Part shown: positions 9,153-20,134 of the stretch, in pieces
How positions within the stretch are numbered: the first letter of the stretch is position 1
Layout: each line of letters opens with the position of its first letter
Assembly (NCBI GenBank): GCA_011322575.1
Contig: DRMK01000316.1
Coordinates: forward strand, 1 to 25,016
From: Gammaproteobacteria bacterium
Lineage (GTDB): Bacteria; Pseudomonadota; Gammaproteobacteria; Thiohalospirales; Thiohalospiraceae
Reading direction: 5' to 3'
Length of the DNA stretch: 25,016 bases
The notes under the pieces: model-generated
Told to the model about the DNA's origin: nothing
Databases searched by the model: none
The model's input: only the letters and a program-made list of their open reading frames with translations
Translations under genes and position numbers: made by a program

Positions 9153-10523
9153 ATGACGAGACGATATTTCGGCACCGACGGGATCCGTGGTCAGGTAGGC
9201 ACCAGCCCCATCACGCCCGAGTTCGTGCTGCATCTGGGCTGGGCGGTGGGCCACGTGCTGGCTGGTCACGGAGGGCGTGGCAAGGTGGTGATCGGCAAGG
9301 ACACACGGCTCTCCGGCTACATGTTCGAATCCGCCCTGCAGGCCGGGCTGTCCGCCGCCGGGGTGGATATCCGCCTGCTGGGCCCCATGCCGACACCGGG
9401 GATCGCCTATCTTACCCGCACCATGCGCGCCGACGCCGGGATCGTGATCAGCGCGTCGCACAACCCATACCATGACAACGGCATCAAGTTCTTCTCGCGG
9501 CTCGGTTTCAAGCTGCCGGACGAAACCGAGCGGGAGATCGAACGGTTTCTGGATCATCCGGTAAGCTGCGTGGAGTCCGGCAAGCTGGGCCGCGCGGTGC
9601 GCGTCAATGATGCCGCCGGCCGTTATATCGAGTTCTGCAAGAGCACCGTGCCACCGGGCCTCGAACTGGGCGGGATGCGCCTGGTGGTGGATTGCGCCAA
9701 CGGCGCCACCTATGACGTGGCCCCCAAAGTGTTCCGCGAGCTGGGAGCCGATGTAATCTCCATAGGCGCCGATCCGGACGGCGTGAACATCAACTTTGAA
9801 TGTGGCTCCACCAGCCCGGCGACGCTGCAGCGGGCGGTCATCGAGCACGATGCCGAGCTGGGGATCGCCTTGGACGGCGACGGGGATCGGCTCATCATGG
9901 TGGATCACAAGGGCGAGGTGGTGGACGGCGACGAGCTGCTGTTCGTAATAGCCCGGGATCGGCAGAGCAACGGCCATCGCAACGGAGGCGCCTATGGTGG
10001 GGGAGTGGTGGGTACCGTAATGAGCAACCTGGGGCTGGAACTGGCCTTCAAGGATGCAGGGATCCCCTTCCGGCGCGCGGCGGTGGGGGACCGCTATGTG
10101 AGCGAACTGATGACCCAGGAGGGGTGGATTCTGGGGGGTGAATCCTCCGGCCACATCATCTGCCGTGACTGCACCACCACGGGCGACGGCATCATCTCGG
10201 CGTTGCAGGTATTGTCCGCCATGGTCAACAGCGGCCAGACGCTCTACACCCTGAAGCGGGGCATGACCAAGTTTCCCCAAACCATGATCAACGTGCGCCT
10301 GGAGAAGCGTTTCCTGCCGGAGGAGTCGGAGCTGGTACAGAACGCGGTGCGTGATGTGGAAAGCCAGATGGCGGGCCGCGGCCGGGTGCTGCTGCGCCCC
10401 TCCGGCACCGAACCGGTGATCCGGGTGATGGTGGAGGGGGACGACGCCCCCCAGGTGGAGACCCTGGCAAAACAGCTCGCCGAGATCGTGGCGCAGGCGG
10501 CCGAGGCCGCAGAGGGCGGTTGA
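9153..10523 (+). CDS. glmM: Phosphoglucosamine mutase
   Basis: True start [13 protein letters not shown] at 9153 after AAGGAG (the track start at 9021 overlaps folP). Phosphoserine loop ISASHNP, DGDGDR, GGESSGH, RPSGTEP. Confidence 0.98.
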   Translation: MTRRYFGTDGIRGQVGTSPITPEFVLHLGWAVGHVLAGHGGRGKVVIGKDTRLSGYMFESALQAGLSAAGVDIRLLGPMPTPGIAYLTRTMRADAGIVISASHNPYHDNGIKFFSRLGFKLPDETEREIERFLDHPVSCVESGKLGRAVRVNDAAGRYIEFCKSTVPPGLELGGMRLVVDCANGATYDVAPKVFRELGADVISIGADPDGVNINFECGSTSPATLQRAVIEHDAELGIALDGDGDRLIMVDHKGEVVDGDELLFVIARDRQSNGHRNGGAYGGGVVGTVMSNLGLELAFKDAGIPFRRAAVGDRYVSELMTQEGWILGGESSGHIICRDCTTTGDGIISALQVLSAMVNSGQTLYTLKRGMTKFPQTMINVRLEKRFLPEESELVQNAVRDVESQMAGRGRVLLRPSGTEPVIRVMVEGDDAPQVETLAKQLAEIVAQAAEAAEGG

Positions 10524-10548
10524 TTTTCTCCCAGCGCGGCGGTAAGCT
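10520..10548 (+). promoter_or_regulatory. Candidate sigma70 promoter for tpiA-secG-tRNA-Leu
   Basis: TTGATT (10520-10525), 17 nt, TAAGCT (10543-10548). The -35 box overlaps the glmM stop codon. Pattern match only. Confidence 0.5.
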
Positions 10549-10583
10549 TTCCCGACTTTTCATCGTGAAACAGGGGAGAGCGG

Positions 10584-11336
10584 ATGCGTCAGCCACTGGT
10601 TGCCGGGAACTGGAAAATGAACGGTTCCGCCAGGAGTATCGAGCTGCTTCTGGACGGAATCAAGGGATCGCTCGCCAGCGTGGGCCGGGCGGAGGTGGCG
10701 GTATGCCCCCCCTACGTCTATATCCCCATGGTGGCGGAGCTGCTGCAGGATACGGAGGTGGCGCTGGGATCCCAGAACCTCAGTCAGCACCAGAGCGGCG
10801 CCTATACCGGGGAGATTGCCGCCTCCATGCTGCTGGATTTCGGTTGCAGATACGCCATCGTTGGCCACTCCGAGCGCCGCACCCTGTACGGTGAGGACGA
10901 CGCGCTGGTAGCGGCCAAGTACGCCGCGGCCCGTGCCGCCGGGCTGCGGCCCATCCTGTGTGTGGGCGAGATTCTCGAGGAGCGCGAGCAGGGAGTCACC
11001 GAGGATGTGGTGGCGCGCCAGCTGGATGCAGTCATCGAGCTGGAGGGGATCGAGGCGCTCGCCGACGGGGTGATTGCCTATGAGCCGGTGTGGGCCATCG
11101 GTACCGGCAAGACCGCCTCTCCCCAGCAGGCCCAGGATGTCCATGCGTTTATCCGCCAGCGCATAGCGTCCCGTAGTGGCGCGGTGGCGGAGCAGGTGCG
11201 CATTCTGTACGGTGGCAGCGTCAAGGCGGCCAATGCCGCTGATCTGTTTGCCATGCCGGATATCGACGGCGGCCTGATTGGTGGCGCATCCTTGGACGCC
11301 GGCGAGTTCATCGCCATCTGCCAGGCGGCTCCTTGA
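10584..11336 (+). CDS. tpiA: Triosephosphate isomerase
   Basis: VAGNWKMNG, IVGHSERR, AYEPVWAIGTG, LYGGSV, DGGLIGGASL. Confidence 0.99.
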   Translation: MRQPLVAGNWKMNGSARSIELLLDGIKGSLASVGRAEVAVCPPYVYIPMVAELLQDTEVALGSQNLSQHQSGAYTGEIAASMLLDFGCRYAIVGHSERRTLYGEDDALVAAKYAAARAAGLRPILCVGEILEEREQGVTEDVVARQLDAVIELEGIEALADGVIAYEPVWAIGTGKTASPQQAQDVHAFIRQRIASRSGAVAEQVRILYGGSVKAANAADLFAMPDIDGGLIGGASLDAGEFIAICQAAP

Positions 11337-11363
11337 GCGCGCCCGGCAAACGGATTTCCGATC

Positions 11364-11783
11364 ATGCAGACCATCGTTCTCGCGCTCCACATCATTATCG
11401 CCGCGGCCTTGATCGTCCTTGTTCTGTTGCAGGCCGGTAAGGGCGCGGAGATGGGAGCCGCGTTCGGAGCCGGTGCGTCGGGTACCGTTTTTGGCGCCCG
11501 TGGCTCGGCCTCGTTTCTGTCCCGTACAACCGCCATCCTGGCGGCGGCCTTTTTCGCCACCAGCCTGGTTCTGGCCTATATGTCGGGGCAAACGGTAGTG
11601 CGCAAGAGCGTGACCGAGGAGTTTGCCGTGCCGGCACCCGCCGAAACCGGCCAGCCGGAGTCCGTACCGGCCGCCCCGGACCTGCCCGCCGTACCGGTGG
11701 CTCCCTCTGCCGCAGAGGGGGATGTGCCGTCGGTATCGCCGCCGGAAAAAACGGGCGGGGCTGCCACGCAGAAACAGGAGTAA
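11364..11783 (+). CDS. secG: Preprotein translocase subunit SecG
   Basis: VLLQAGKGAEMGAAFGAGASGTVFGARGSASFLSRTTAILA, followed by a Pro/Ala-rich tail; canonical position after tpiA. Confidence 0.97.
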   Translation: MQTIVLALHIIIAAALIVLVLLQAGKGAEMGAAFGAGASGTVFGARGSASFLSRTTAILAAAFFATSLVLAYMSGQTVVRKSVTEEFAVPAPAETGQPESVPAAPDLPAVPVAPSAAEGDVPSVSPPEKTGGAATQKQE

Positions 11784-11790
11784 CCATATT

Positions 11791-11891
11791 CCAAGACAAT
11801 CGGTGGCACAAAGCCTCAATCGGCGGCTGACCGTCCAGACGCCCGCCCGCGGGGAGCGCTCTGAACGAGTCTTTGCCATCCATTGTCTTGG
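11791..11891. repeat. 101-nt imperfect inverted repeat (hairpin) between secG and tRNA-Leu
   Basis: CCAAGACAAT (11791-11800) is the exact reverse complement of ATTGTCTTGG (11882-11891). Pairing continues inward with mismatches and one bulge to about 11823/11861. Confidence 0.8.
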
Positions 11892-11902
11892 TAACCCTCC
11901 GT

Positions 11903-11987
11903 GCGGATGTGGTGGAACTGGTAGACACGCCGTCTTGAGGGGGCGGTGGCGCAAGCCGTGCCGGTTCGATTCCGGCCATCCGCACCA
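11903..11987 (+). tRNA. leuU: tRNA-Leu (anticodon GAG)
   Basis: 85 nt. Acceptor GCGGATG/CATCCGC, discriminator A plus encoded CCA, D-loop TGGTAGAC, anticodon loop TTGAGGG (GAG at 11937-11939), long variable arm, T-arm GCCGG-TTCGATT-CCGGC. Symbol assigned from the conserved secG-leuU synteny. Confidence 0.97.
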
Positions 11988-12093
11988 TAGTCTGCCTGTA
12001 GTAGCGGGATCCGGAACGGCTCGCTACGCACAGCGCATTAACACAATTTTTTTGTGGAAATATTGGGCGGCTCCTGTTCGCCGCCGGAAAGGG

Positions 12094-12123
12094 TTGACAT
12101 CCAGTTTGCCCATGGAATAGGCT
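12094..12123 (+). promoter_or_regulatory. Candidate sigma70 promoter of the nuo operon
   Basis: Consensus TTGACA (12094-12099), 18 nt, TAGGCT (12118-12123), about 60 nt upstream of nuoA. Confidence 0.55.
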
Positions 12124-12181
12124 TTTGAACCACTACAGATTCTTTCCAGAGAAATAACAAGACTAGGGAACTCCACAAGCC

Positions 12182-12538
12182 GTGCTCGAAAACTACTTTC
12201 CCATCCTGGTGTTTCTGGCCATCGGATTTTTGCTGGGTGGGATAATGATCGGGCTGGGTCTGGTGCTGGCGCCGCGGCGTCCCGACGAAGAGAAACTCTC
12301 CGCCTACGAATGCGGCTTCGAACCGTTCGAAGACAGCCGCATGAAGTTCGATGTGCGCTACTATCTGGTTGCCATCCTGTTCATCATTTTCGATCTCGAG
12401 ATCGCGTTTCTGTTTCCCTGGGGTGTGGTGCTGGGAGAGATCGGGATGTTCGGTTTCGTCGCCATGGTGCTGTTTCTGGGGATCCTGGTAATCGGGTTTG
12501 CCTATGAGTGGATGAAGGGGGCACTGGAGTGGGAATAG
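12182..12538 (+). CDS. nuoA: NADH-quinone oxidoreductase subunit A
   Basis: [40 protein letters not shown]; GTG start. Confidence 0.98.
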   Translation: MLENYFPILVFLAIGFLLGGIMIGLGLVLAPRRPDEEKLSAYECGFEPFEDSRMKFDVRYYLVAILFIIFDLEIAFLFPWGVVLGEIGMFGFVAMVLFLGILVIGFAYEWMKGALEWE

Positions 12539-13011
12539 AAGGCGTCTTGCGTGAAGGGGTGGTGACCACTTCCGCCGACCAGCTCATCAACTGGGCGCGT
12601 ACCGGCTCCCTTTGGCCGATGACCTTTGGCCTGGCCTGCTGCGCGGTGGAGATGATGCAGGCGGGCGCCTCCCGCTACGATCTGGATCGCTTCGGCATGC
12701 TGTTCCGCCCCAGTCCGCGCCAGTCCGACGTGATGATCGTGGCCGGCACCCTGATCAACAAGATGGCCCCGGCGCTGCGCAAGGTCTATGACCAGATGGC
12801 CGAGCCGCGCTGGGTGATCTCCATGGGTTCCTGCGCCAATGGTGGCGGCTACTACCACTACTCCTACTCCGTGGTGCGCGGTTGCGACCGGGTGGTTCCC
12901 GTGGACATCTACGTGCCGGGCTGCCCGCCCACCGCGGAGGCGCTGCTGTACGGTATCATGCAGCTGCGCAACAAGATCCGCCGTACCAATACCATAGCCC
13001 GTAGCGAGTGA
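12529..13011 (+). CDS. nuoB: NADH-quinone oxidoreductase subunit B
   Basis: [27 protein letters not shown] (N2 ligands). Likely GTG start at 12529 (MGIEGVL), overlapping the nuoA end; the track start at 12508 is less likely. Confidence 0.97.
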   Translation: MGIEGVLREGVVTTSADQLINWARTGSLWPMTFGLACCAVEMMQAGASRYDLDRFGMLFRPSPRQSDVMIVAGTLINKMAPALRKVYDQMAEPRWVISMGSCANGGGYYHYSYSVVRGCDRVVPVDIYVPGCPPTAEALLYGIMQLRNKIRRTNTIARSE

Positions 13012-13020
13012 GCCTGCCAG

Positions 13021-13647
13021 ATGACCGAAGCCGCCCAGAGAGTTGCTGAACTGATCCAGACCCGGTTCGGGAAGATCGGAGGCAGCAGCAAGGTGGCGCT
13101 GGGCGAGGTTACCCTGGAGATCCCGCGCGAGCGGTTGCTGGAGGTGTGCGAGGCGCTGCGTGACGAGGCGGATTTCGCCTTCGAGGAGCTGATCGATCTC
13201 TGCGCCGTGGACTACTCCGCTTATGGTGACGGAGCCTGGCAGGGGCCGCGTTTTGCGGTGGTCTATCATCTGCTTTCGGTGACCAACAACCAGCGCCTGC
13301 GGCTGCGGGTGTTTCTAGATGACGAGCGGCCGCAGCTGGACTCGGTGGTGGGGATCTGGGCGGCGGCCAACTGGTTCGAGCGCGAGGCGTTCGATCTGTT
13401 CGGGGTGCTGTTCGAGGGCCATCCCGACCTGCGCCGCATCCTCACCGACTACGGCTTCATCGGCCATCCGTTCCGCAAGGACTTCCCGCTCAGCGGCAAC
13501 GTGGAGATGTACTACGACGAACAGAAGGGGCGCGTGGTCTATCGTCCGGTTACCGTGGAGCCGCGCATCAACATCCCGCGCGTGATCCGCCACGATCAGC
13601 GCTATGCGGGGCTGGCCGCGAACGAAGGGGAGAACGGCGATGCCTGA
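13021..13647 (+). CDS. nuoC: NADH-quinone oxidoreductase subunit C
   Basis: [37 protein letters not shown]; separate from nuoD. Confidence 0.97.
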   Translation: MTEAAQRVAELIQTRFGKIGGSSKVALGEVTLEIPRERLLEVCEALRDEADFAFEELIDLCAVDYSAYGDGAWQGPRFAVVYHLLSVTNNQRLRLRVFLDDERPQLDSVVGIWAAANWFEREAFDLFGVLFEGHPDLRRILTDYGFIGHPFRKDFPLSGNVEMYYDEQKGRVVYRPVTVEPRINIPRVIRHDQRYAGLAANEGENGDA

Positions 13648-14893
13648 GATCCGCAACTATACCCTGAACTTCGGCCCCCAGCACCCCGCCGCGCACGGGG
13701 TGCTGCGCCTGGTGCTGGAGATGGACGGGGAGGTGGTGGAGCGCGCCGATCCCCACATCGGCCTGCTGCACCGCGCCACCGAGAAGCTGGCCGAGGTCCG
13801 CACCTACAACCAGGCGCTGCCCTACATGGACCGGCTCGACTATGTCTCCATGATGTGCAACGAGCACGCCTACGTGATGGCGGTGGAGAAGCTGCTCGGG
13901 ATCGAGGTGCCCATCCGCGCCCAGTACATCCGCGTCATGTTCGACGAGATCACCCGCATCCTGAACCATCTGATGTGGATCGGCGCGCACGGCCTGGACA
14001 TAGGCGCCATGACCATATTCCTCTACGCCTTCCGCGAGCGGGAGGATCTCATGGACTGCTACGAGGCGGTTTCGGGGGCGCGCATGCATGCCGCCTACTA
14101 CCGCCCCGGAGGGGTGTACCGCGATCTGCCGGACTCCATGCCCCGTTACGAGACATCCAAGTGGCACGACGCCAGGGATGTGGAGCGCCTCAACCGCAAC
14201 CGCCAGGGCTCCCTGCTGGACTTCATCGAGGATTTCACGGAACGTTTTCCCACCTGCGTGGACGAGTACGAGACGCTGCTCACCGAGAACCGGATCTGGA
14301 AGCAGCGTACCGTGGATATCGGCGTGGTATCCCCCGAGCGTGCCCTGCAGCTGGGCTTTACCGGGCCGATGCTGCGCGGCTCCGGGATCGCCTGGGACCT
14401 GCGCAAGAAGCAGCCCTATGAGGTGTACGACAGGCTGGAGTTCGACATCCCGGTGGGCACCAACGGCGATACCTACGATCGCTACCTGGTGCGGGTGGAG
14501 GAGATGCGCCAGTCCAACCGCATCATCAGGCAGTGCGTGGAGTGGCTGCGCGCCAACCCCGGCCCGGTGATGCTGGACAACCACAAGGTCACCCCGCCAC
14601 GGCGCAGCGAGGTGAAGGGTGACATGGAGTCGCTGATCCACCACTTCAAGCTGTTCACCGAGGGCTACTGCGTGCCAGAGGGCGAGGCCTACGCGGCGGT
14701 GGAGCACCCCAAGGGGGAGTTCGGGATCTACATCATCTCCGACGGCGCCAACAAGCCCTACCGGCTGAAGATCCGCGCGCCGGGTTTCGTGCATCTCTCC
14801 GCCCTCGACGAGATGTCCCGCGGCCACATGCTGGCGGACGTGGTGGCCATCATAGGAACCCAGGATATTGTGTTTGGGGAGGTCGACCGTTGA
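13640..14893 (+). CDS. nuoD: NADH-quinone oxidoreductase subunit D
   Basis: ATG at 13640 ([24 protein letters not shown]), [18 protein letters not shown]-terminal DIVFGEVDR. Confidence 0.98.
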   Translation: MPEIRNYTLNFGPQHPAAHGVLRLVLEMDGEVVERADPHIGLLHRATEKLAEVRTYNQALPYMDRLDYVSMMCNEHAYVMAVEKLLGIEVPIRAQYIRVMFDEITRILNHLMWIGAHGLDIGAMTIFLYAFREREDLMDCYEAVSGARMHAAYYRPGGVYRDLPDSMPRYETSKWHDARDVERLNRNRQGSLLDFIEDFTERFPTCVDEYETLLTENRIWKQRTVDIGVVSPERALQLGFTGPMLRGSGIAWDLRKKQPYEVYDRLEFDIPVGTNGDTYDRYLVRVEEMRQSNRIIRQCVEWLRANPGPVMLDNHKVTPPRRSEVKGDMESLIHHFKLFTEGYCVPEGEAYAAVEHPKGEFGIYIISDGANKPYRLKIRAPGFVHLSALDEMSRGHMLADVVAIIGTQDIVFGEVDR

Positions 14894-15387
14894 CCGAGAG
14901 AGATCCCGTCCAGTTGATAAGCGAGGAGTCGCGCGCCGACATCGACCGCTGGATCGCCAAGTATCCCGCCGATCAGAAGCAGTCCGCGGTGATGGCCGCG
15001 CTGCGCATCGTTCAGGATCAGAATGGCGGCCATCTCACCACCGAGCTGATGGACGCTGTGGCCCGCTACCTGGATATGGACCCTATCGCGGTCTATGAGG
15101 TGGCCACCTTCTACTCCATGTATGAGATGAAGCCGGTGGGGCGGCACAAGATCTGCGTCTGCACCAACATCTCCTGCATGCTGTGCGGTTCGGAGGAGAT
15201 CGTCCGGCATCTGCAGAAAAGGCTCGGTATCGGCTTTGGCGAGGTGACCCCGGACGGGCGCTTCTCCCTCAAGGAGGTGGAGTGCCTGGGCGCCTGCGTG
15301 GGGGCCCCGATGTTCCAGATCGGGAAGCGCTACTATGAACACCTGACCCCCGAAAAGGTGGATCAGATCCTGGACGAGCTGGATTGA
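14890..15387 (+). CDS. nuoE: NADH-quinone oxidoreductase subunit E
   Basis: [14 protein letters not shown] and ECLGAC 2Fe-2S ligands; TTGA start/stop overlap with nuoD. Confidence 0.97.
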   Translation: MTERDPVQLISEESRADIDRWIAKYPADQKQSAVMAALRIVQDQNGGHLTTELMDAVARYLDMDPIAVYEVATFYSMYEMKPVGRHKICVCTNISCMLCGSEEIVRHLQKRLGIGFGEVTPDGRFSLKEVECLGACVGAPMFQIGKRYYEHLTPEKVDQILDELD

Positions 15388-16670
15388 ACATGGCCAAGAC
15401 AGCGAAACACAATCAGGTCTGTTTCCGGACCCTGCATCTGGACAGGCCGTGGACCCTGGAGACCTACCGCAGCGCGGGCGGCTACGAGGTTCTGGAGAAG
15501 ATTCTCAGGGAGAAGACCGATCCCGACGACATCATCGCGGAGCTGAAGGAGTCCGCCCTGCGCGGGCGCGGCGGCGCGGGCTTCCCCACCGGCCTGAAAT
15601 GGAGCTTCATGCCACGCAACGCTCCGGGACAGAAATACATTCTCTGCAACTCCGACGAGGGGGAGCCGGGGACCTGCAAGGATCGCGACATCCTGCGCTA
15701 CAACCCGCACCAGCTCGTCGAGGGGATGATTATCGCCGGCTACTGCATCGGCGCCTCCACCGGCTACAATTACATCCGCGGCGAGTTCTGGGAGCCCTAC
15801 GAACGGTTCGAGGCGGCCCTGGAGGAGGCCCGTGCCGCGGGGCTGCTGGGCAAGGATATCCTGGGTTCCGGTTTCGATTTCGACATCCATGTGCACCTGG
15901 GGGCGGGAGCCTACGTGTGCGGCGAGGAGACCGCCCTGATCGAGTCCATCGAGGGGAAGAAGGGGCAGCCCCGCTTCAAGCCCCCCTTCCCGGCCAGCTA
16001 CGGGCTGTATGGAAGGCCCACCACCATCAACAACACCGAGACCCTCTCCTCGGTTCCGGTGATCCTGAAGAACGGCGGCAAGTGGTTTCTGGAGCTGGGC
16101 AAGCCCAACAACGGCGGCAACAAGCTGTTCTGCGTCTCCGGCCACGTCAACAAGCCGGGCAATTTCGAGATCCCCATGGGCACGCCGTTTGCCGAGCTGC
16201 TGGAGATGGCCGGCGGGGTGCGGGACGGACACAGGCTGAAGGCGGTGATCCCGGGCGGCTCCTCCACGCCGGTGCTGACCGCCGACGTGGCGATGGATGT
16301 GACCATGGACTACGACTCCATCGCCAAGGCGGGCTCCATGCTGGGGGCCGGCTCGGTCATCGTGATGGACGAGACCACCTGCATGGTCAAGGTGCTGGCG
16401 CGGGTCTCCTACTTCTACTACGAGGAGTCCTGTGGCCAGTGCACTCCCTGCCGGGAGGGTACCGGCTGGCTGCGGCGGATGGTGAACCGCATCGAGAACG
16501 GCCAGGGGCGCCCCGAGGATCTGGACCTGCTGGAGGATGTCGCCAATGGGATCTCGGGCAAGACCATCTGCGCCCTGGGAGATGCCGCGGCGATGCCGGT
16601 CAAGAGCTTCGTGAAGAACTTCCGCGACGAGTTCCAGTATCACATCGATCACAAGAAGTGCATGGTTTGA
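15384..16670 (+). CDS. nuoF: NADH-quinone oxidoreductase subunit F
   Basis: [54 protein letters not shown]. Start is TTG 15384 or ATG 15390. Confidence 0.98.
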   Translation: MNMAKTAKHNQVCFRTLHLDRPWTLETYRSAGGYEVLEKILREKTDPDDIIAELKESALRGRGGAGFPTGLKWSFMPRNAPGQKYILCNSDEGEPGTCKDRDILRYNPHQLVEGMIIAGYCIGASTGYNYIRGEFWEPYERFEAALEEARAAGLLGKDILGSGFDFDIHVHLGAGAYVCGEETALIESIEGKKGQPRFKPPFPASYGLYGRPTTINNTETLSSVPVILKNGGKWFLELGKPNNGGNKLFCVSGHVNKPGNFEIPMGTPFAELLEMAGGVRDGHRLKAVIPGGSSTPVLTADVAMDVTMDYDSIAKAGSMLGAGSVIVMDETTCMVKVLARVSYFYYEESCGQCTPCREGTGWLRRMVNRIENGQGRPEDLDLLEDVANGISGKTICALGDAAAMPVKSFVKNFRDEFQYHIDHKKCMV

Positions 16671-16691
16671 CGAGGGGAAACGGGTCGGGCG

Positions 16692-19064
16692 ATGGCAGAG
16701 ATTGAAATCAACGGCAAGGTGATCCAGGTTCGCGACGGGGCGATGCTGATCGAGGCCGCCGACGAGGCCGGTATCACCATTCCGCGCTTCTGCTATCACG
16801 AGAAGCTGTCGGTCGCCGCCAGCTGCCGCATGTGCCTGGTGGAAGTGGAGAAGGTGCCCAAGCCGCTGCCCGCCTGCGCCACCCCGGTCAACGATGGTAT
16901 GAAGGTGTGGACCAACTCCCCGCGCGCCCTGGCGGCGCAGAAGGCGGTGATGGAGTTCCTGCTCATCAACCATCCGCTGGACTGCCCCATCTGTGACCAG
17001 GGGGGGGAGTGCGACCTGCAGGACATGGCGGTGGGGTACGGCAACGACGCATCCCGCTTCGCCGAGATCAAGCGGGTGGTGAAGAGCAAGGATATCGGCC
17101 CGCTGATCGCCACCGATTTCACCCGCTGTATCCACTGTACCCGCTGCGTCCGTTTCGGCCAGGAGATCGCCGGGATCCGGGAGCTGGGGGCCACCGGCCG
17201 CGGCGAACACATGGAGATCGGCACCTATGTGGAGAAGAGCGTGAGCTCCGAGCTGTCGGGCAATATCATTGACCTCTGCCCGGTGGGTTCACTCACTTCC
17301 AAGCCGTTCCGCTTCACCGCCCGGCCCTGGGAGCTGACCCCCTGCGCCACCGTTGCCCCCCACGACTGCGTTGGCTCCAACCTTACCCTGCATACGCGCC
17401 GCAACCGGGTGATGCGCGCCGTGCCCCGCGCCAACGAGGCCATCAACGAGATCTGGATCCCGGATCGGGACCGGTTCAGCTATCTGGGGCTGAACAGCGA
17501 GGAGCGGCTGCGCAAACCGCTGCTGAAGGTGGATGGCGAGTGGCGCGAGAGCGACTGGAACAGCGCCCTGGAGCGCGTGGTCCGGGGTACCAGGGGGGTG
17601 ATCGGGGCCCACGGGGCGGAGCAGGTGGGGGCCCTGATCTCTCCTTGCGCCACGCTGGAGGAGAGCTACCTGCTGCAGAAACTGCTGCGCCGGCTGGGAA
17701 GCGCCAACATAGATCACCGCCTGCGCGAGGGTGACTTCTCCGATCAGGAGGAGCTGCCGCCGTTTCCCTGGCTGGGGCAGGGCATAGCGGATCTGGAGGG
17801 GATCGATGTCGCCCTGCTGGTGGGCTCCAACCTGCGCAAGGAGCAGCCCATGCTCAACCACCGCGTGCGCAAGGCGGTTCTCAAGGGCGCGGGGGTGATG
17901 GCGGTCAATCCGGTGGACTTCCCCTTCAACTACCCTCTGGAGGAGCGTCTGATTGGCGATCCGCCCCGGATGCTGCGCCACCTGGCCGGCATCGCCGCGG
18001 CGTTGCTGGAGATTACCGGCAAGCGGGCCCCCAAGGGGCTCAGGGCGCTGCTCAAGGGGATCGAGACCAGCGACGCGGAGCTGGCGGTGGCCAAGCGGCT
18101 GGAGGCGGCGGAGCGGGGCGCGGTGTTCTGCGGCGGACTGGTGCAGGCCAGCGCGCAGGCCTCCTCGCTGCGCGCGCTGGCGGCGCTGATCGCCACCCTG
18201 AGCGGCGCCACCTTCGCCACCCTGCCGGAAGGAGCCAACGGGGCCGGGGCCTGGCTGGCCGGCGCGGTGCCGCACCGCGGGCCGGCGGGACAGGAGGAGG
18301 CGCTGGTGGCCCCTACCAACGCCCTGGAGATGCTGGAGCGGCCGTTGCGCGGCTACCTGCTGTTCGGCATCGAGCCGGAGCTGGACAGCGCCCATCCCGC
18401 GGCCGCCATGGCCGCCCTGGCGGAGGCGGAGTTCGTGGCCTGCTTCACCCCCTTCGTCACCGAGCGGATGAAACAGTATGCGGATGTGCTGCTGCCCATC
18501 GCCCCCTTCTCGGAGACCTCCGGGACCTTCGTGAATATCGAGGGGCGCTGGCAGAGTTTTACCGGGGCGGTTACTCCCCCCGGAGAGGCGCGGCCCGGCT
18601 GGAAGGTGCTGCGGGTGCTGGGCAACCTGTTCGATCTGGAGGGGTTCGAGTACACCTCCAGCGAGGAGGTGCGTGACGAGCTGCGCGAGTCGGCGGAGTC
18701 GATCAAGCCCTCCACCAAGCTGGCGTGGCGCTGCCCCGGCGACCTGGGCGGCGACGGAGACGCAGTGTGGCGTATCGGGGAGGTGCCCATCTATGCCGTT
18801 GATGGCCTGGTGCGGCGCTCCACGCCCCTGCAGCAGACCATGGATGCCAGGCCCGCTGCCGTTTACATGAACTCTGCTCAGGCCAAGGCTCTGGGCCTGA
18901 AAGAGGGCGAGACAGCCCGGGTGACGCAGGCTGGCGGCTCCGCGAACCTGCCGCTGGTCATCGACGAGCGGGTTGCGCAGGGGTGCGTTGTTGTTCCCGC
19001 CGCCCATCCCGAGACCGCGGCTCTCGGGCCGATTCACGGGCCGGTGGAGATCACCAGAGGCTGA
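16692..19064 (+). CDS. nuoG: NADH-quinone oxidoreductase subunit G
   Basis: PRFCYH, SCRMCLVE, HPLDCPICDQGGECDLQD, RCIHCTRCVRF, DLCPVG; 790 aa. Confidence 0.98.
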   Translation: MAEIEINGKVIQVRDGAMLIEAADEAGITIPRFCYHEKLSVAASCRMCLVEVEKVPKPLPACATPVNDGMKVWTNSPRALAAQKAVMEFLLINHPLDCPICDQGGECDLQDMAVGYGNDASRFAEIKRVVKSKDIGPLIATDFTRCIHCTRCVRFGQEIAGIRELGATGRGEHMEIGTYVEKSVSSELSGNIIDLCPVGSLTSKPFRFTARPWELTPCATVAPHDCVGSNLTLHTRRNRVMRAVPRANEAINEIWIPDRDRFSYLGLNSEERLRKPLLKVDGEWRESDWNSALERVVRGTRGVIGAHGAEQVGALISPCATLEESYLLQKLLRRLGSANIDHRLREGDFSDQEELPPFPWLGQGIADLEGIDVALLVGSNLRKEQPMLNHRVRKAVLKGAGVMAVNPVDFPFNYPLEERLIGDPPRMLRHLAGIAAALLEITGKRAPKGLRALLKGIETSDAELAVAKRLEAAERGAVFCGGLVQASAQASSLRALAALIATLSGATFATLPEGANGAGAWLAGAVPHRGPAGQEEALVAPTNALEMLERPLRGYLLFGIEPELDSAHPAAAMAALAEAEFVACFTPFVTERMKQYADVLLPIAPFSETSGTFVNIEGRWQSFTGAVTPPGEARPGWKVLRVLGNLFDLEGFEYTSSEEVRDELRESAESIKPSTKLAWRCPGDLGGDGDAVWRIGEVPIYAVDGLVRRSTPLQQTMDARPAAVYMNSAQAKALGLKEGETARVTQAGGSANLPLVIDERVAQGCVVVPAAHPETAALGPIHGPVEITRG

Positions 19065-19084
19065 GATGATGAGAAGCAGATGGA

Positions 19085-20122
19085 GTGGTGATGCTTGATG
19101 CGCTGCTGACACTGATAATAGTGCTGCTCAAGATCGTGGCGCTGCTGGTGCCGCTGATGGTGGCGGTGGCCTATCTGACCTTCGCCGAGCGCAAGATCAT
19201 CGGCTTCATCCAGGGGCGTATGGGTCCGCTGCATGTGGGGCCGCGCGGCTGGCTGCAACCCATTGCCGATGCGGTCAAGCTGATCTTCAAGGAGATCATC
19301 ATCCCCAGCGGGGCCAACCGTTTCCTGTTCCTGCTCGCGCCCATGCTGGCCATGGGGCCCTCCATCGCCGCCTGGGCGGTGATGCCGCTGGGGGAGAATC
19401 TCTATATTACCGACATCAACGCCGGGCTGCTCTACGTGCTGGCGGTCACCTCGCTGAGCGTGTACGGCATCATCATTGCGGGCTGGGCCTCCAACTCCAA
19501 GTATGCCTTCCTCGGCGCGCTGCGCTCCGCCGCGCAGGTGGTCTCCTACGAGATTGCGATGGGGTTCGCGCTGGTGGGGGTGCTGCTCGCCGCCGGCAGT
19601 ATGAACCTGCGCGAGATCGTGCTGGCCCAGCAGGGCAGCCTGCTGCACTGGTTCTGGCTGCCGCTGCTGCCGCTGTTCGTGGTCTATTTCATCTCCGGCC
19701 TGGCGGAGACCAACCGCGCCCCGTTCGACCTGGCGGAGGGGGAGTCGGAGATCGTGGCCGGCTTCCATGTGGAGTACTCGGGGATGAGTTTCGGGGTGTT
19801 CTTCCTGGCGGAGTACGCCAACATGATCCTGATCTCCATGCTCACCTCCCTGATGTTCCTGGGCGGCTGGCTCTCTCCGTTTCAGGGGATTCCGCTGCTG
19901 GAGAGCTTGTTCGGCTGGATACCCGGGCTGGTCTGGCTGCTGCTGAAGACCTCGTTCTTCCTGCTGCTGTTCCTGTGGGTGCGCGCCACCTTCCCGCGCT
20001 ATCGCTATGACCAGCTGATGCGCCTGGGGTGGAAGATTCTGATCCCGATCACCATAGTCTGGCTGCTGGTGGTGGGGGCCGCCGTGGTGGGCGGCCTCGG
20101 GCCCTGGTTCGATCGGGTGTAG
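19085..20122 (+). CDS. nuoH: NADH-quinone oxidoreductase subunit H
   Basis: [50 protein letters not shown]. Exact start uncertain (19085, 19088 or 19091). Confidence 0.97.
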   Translation: MVMLDALLTLIIVLLKIVALLVPLMVAVAYLTFAERKIIGFIQGRMGPLHVGPRGWLQPIADAVKLIFKEIIIPSGANRFLFLLAPMLAMGPSIAAWAVMPLGENLYITDINAGLLYVLAVTSLSVYGIIIAGWASNSKYAFLGALRSAAQVVSYEIAMGFALVGVLLAAGSMNLREIVLAQQGSLLHWFWLPLLPLFVVYFISGLAETNRAPFDLAEGESEIVAGFHVEYSGMSFGVFFLAEYANMILISMLTSLMFLGGWLSPFQGIPLLESLFGWIPGLVWLLLKTSFFLLLFLWVRATFPRYRYDQLMRLGWKILIPITIVWLLVVGAAVVGGLGPWFDRV

Positions 20123-20134
20123 CAGGGGGCGAAG

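Noticed and set aside
11590-11783. Pro/Ala-rich SecG tail with repeated xVP/xLP motifs
   Set aside because: Low-complexity C-terminal tails are ordinary for gammaproteobacterial SecG; no exact tandem DNA repeat.
11780-11897. secG-tRNA hairpin as an integron attC site
   Set aside because: Ends do not match RYYYAAC/GTTRRRY (left GAGTAAC, right GGTAACC), and there is no cassette array or integrase.
12001-12027. Hairpin GTAGCG...CGCTAC after tRNA-Leu as a Rho-independent terminator
   Set aside because: The stem is real but no U-tract follows directly, so I did not call a terminator.
12042-12056. CACAA-N5-TTGTG as a Rex operator
   Set aside because: Half-sites are in the reverse order to the Rex consensus TTGTGAA-N4-TTCACAA.
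11903-12181. tRNA-Leu as an integration site for an island or prophage
   Set aside because: No integrase follows and I found no duplicate of the tRNA 3' end in the window; nuoA starts 194 nt later. The site looks empty.
13021-14893. Separate nuoC and nuoD
   Set aside because: This is the usual 14-subunit arrangement; the fusion in enterobacteria is the exception.
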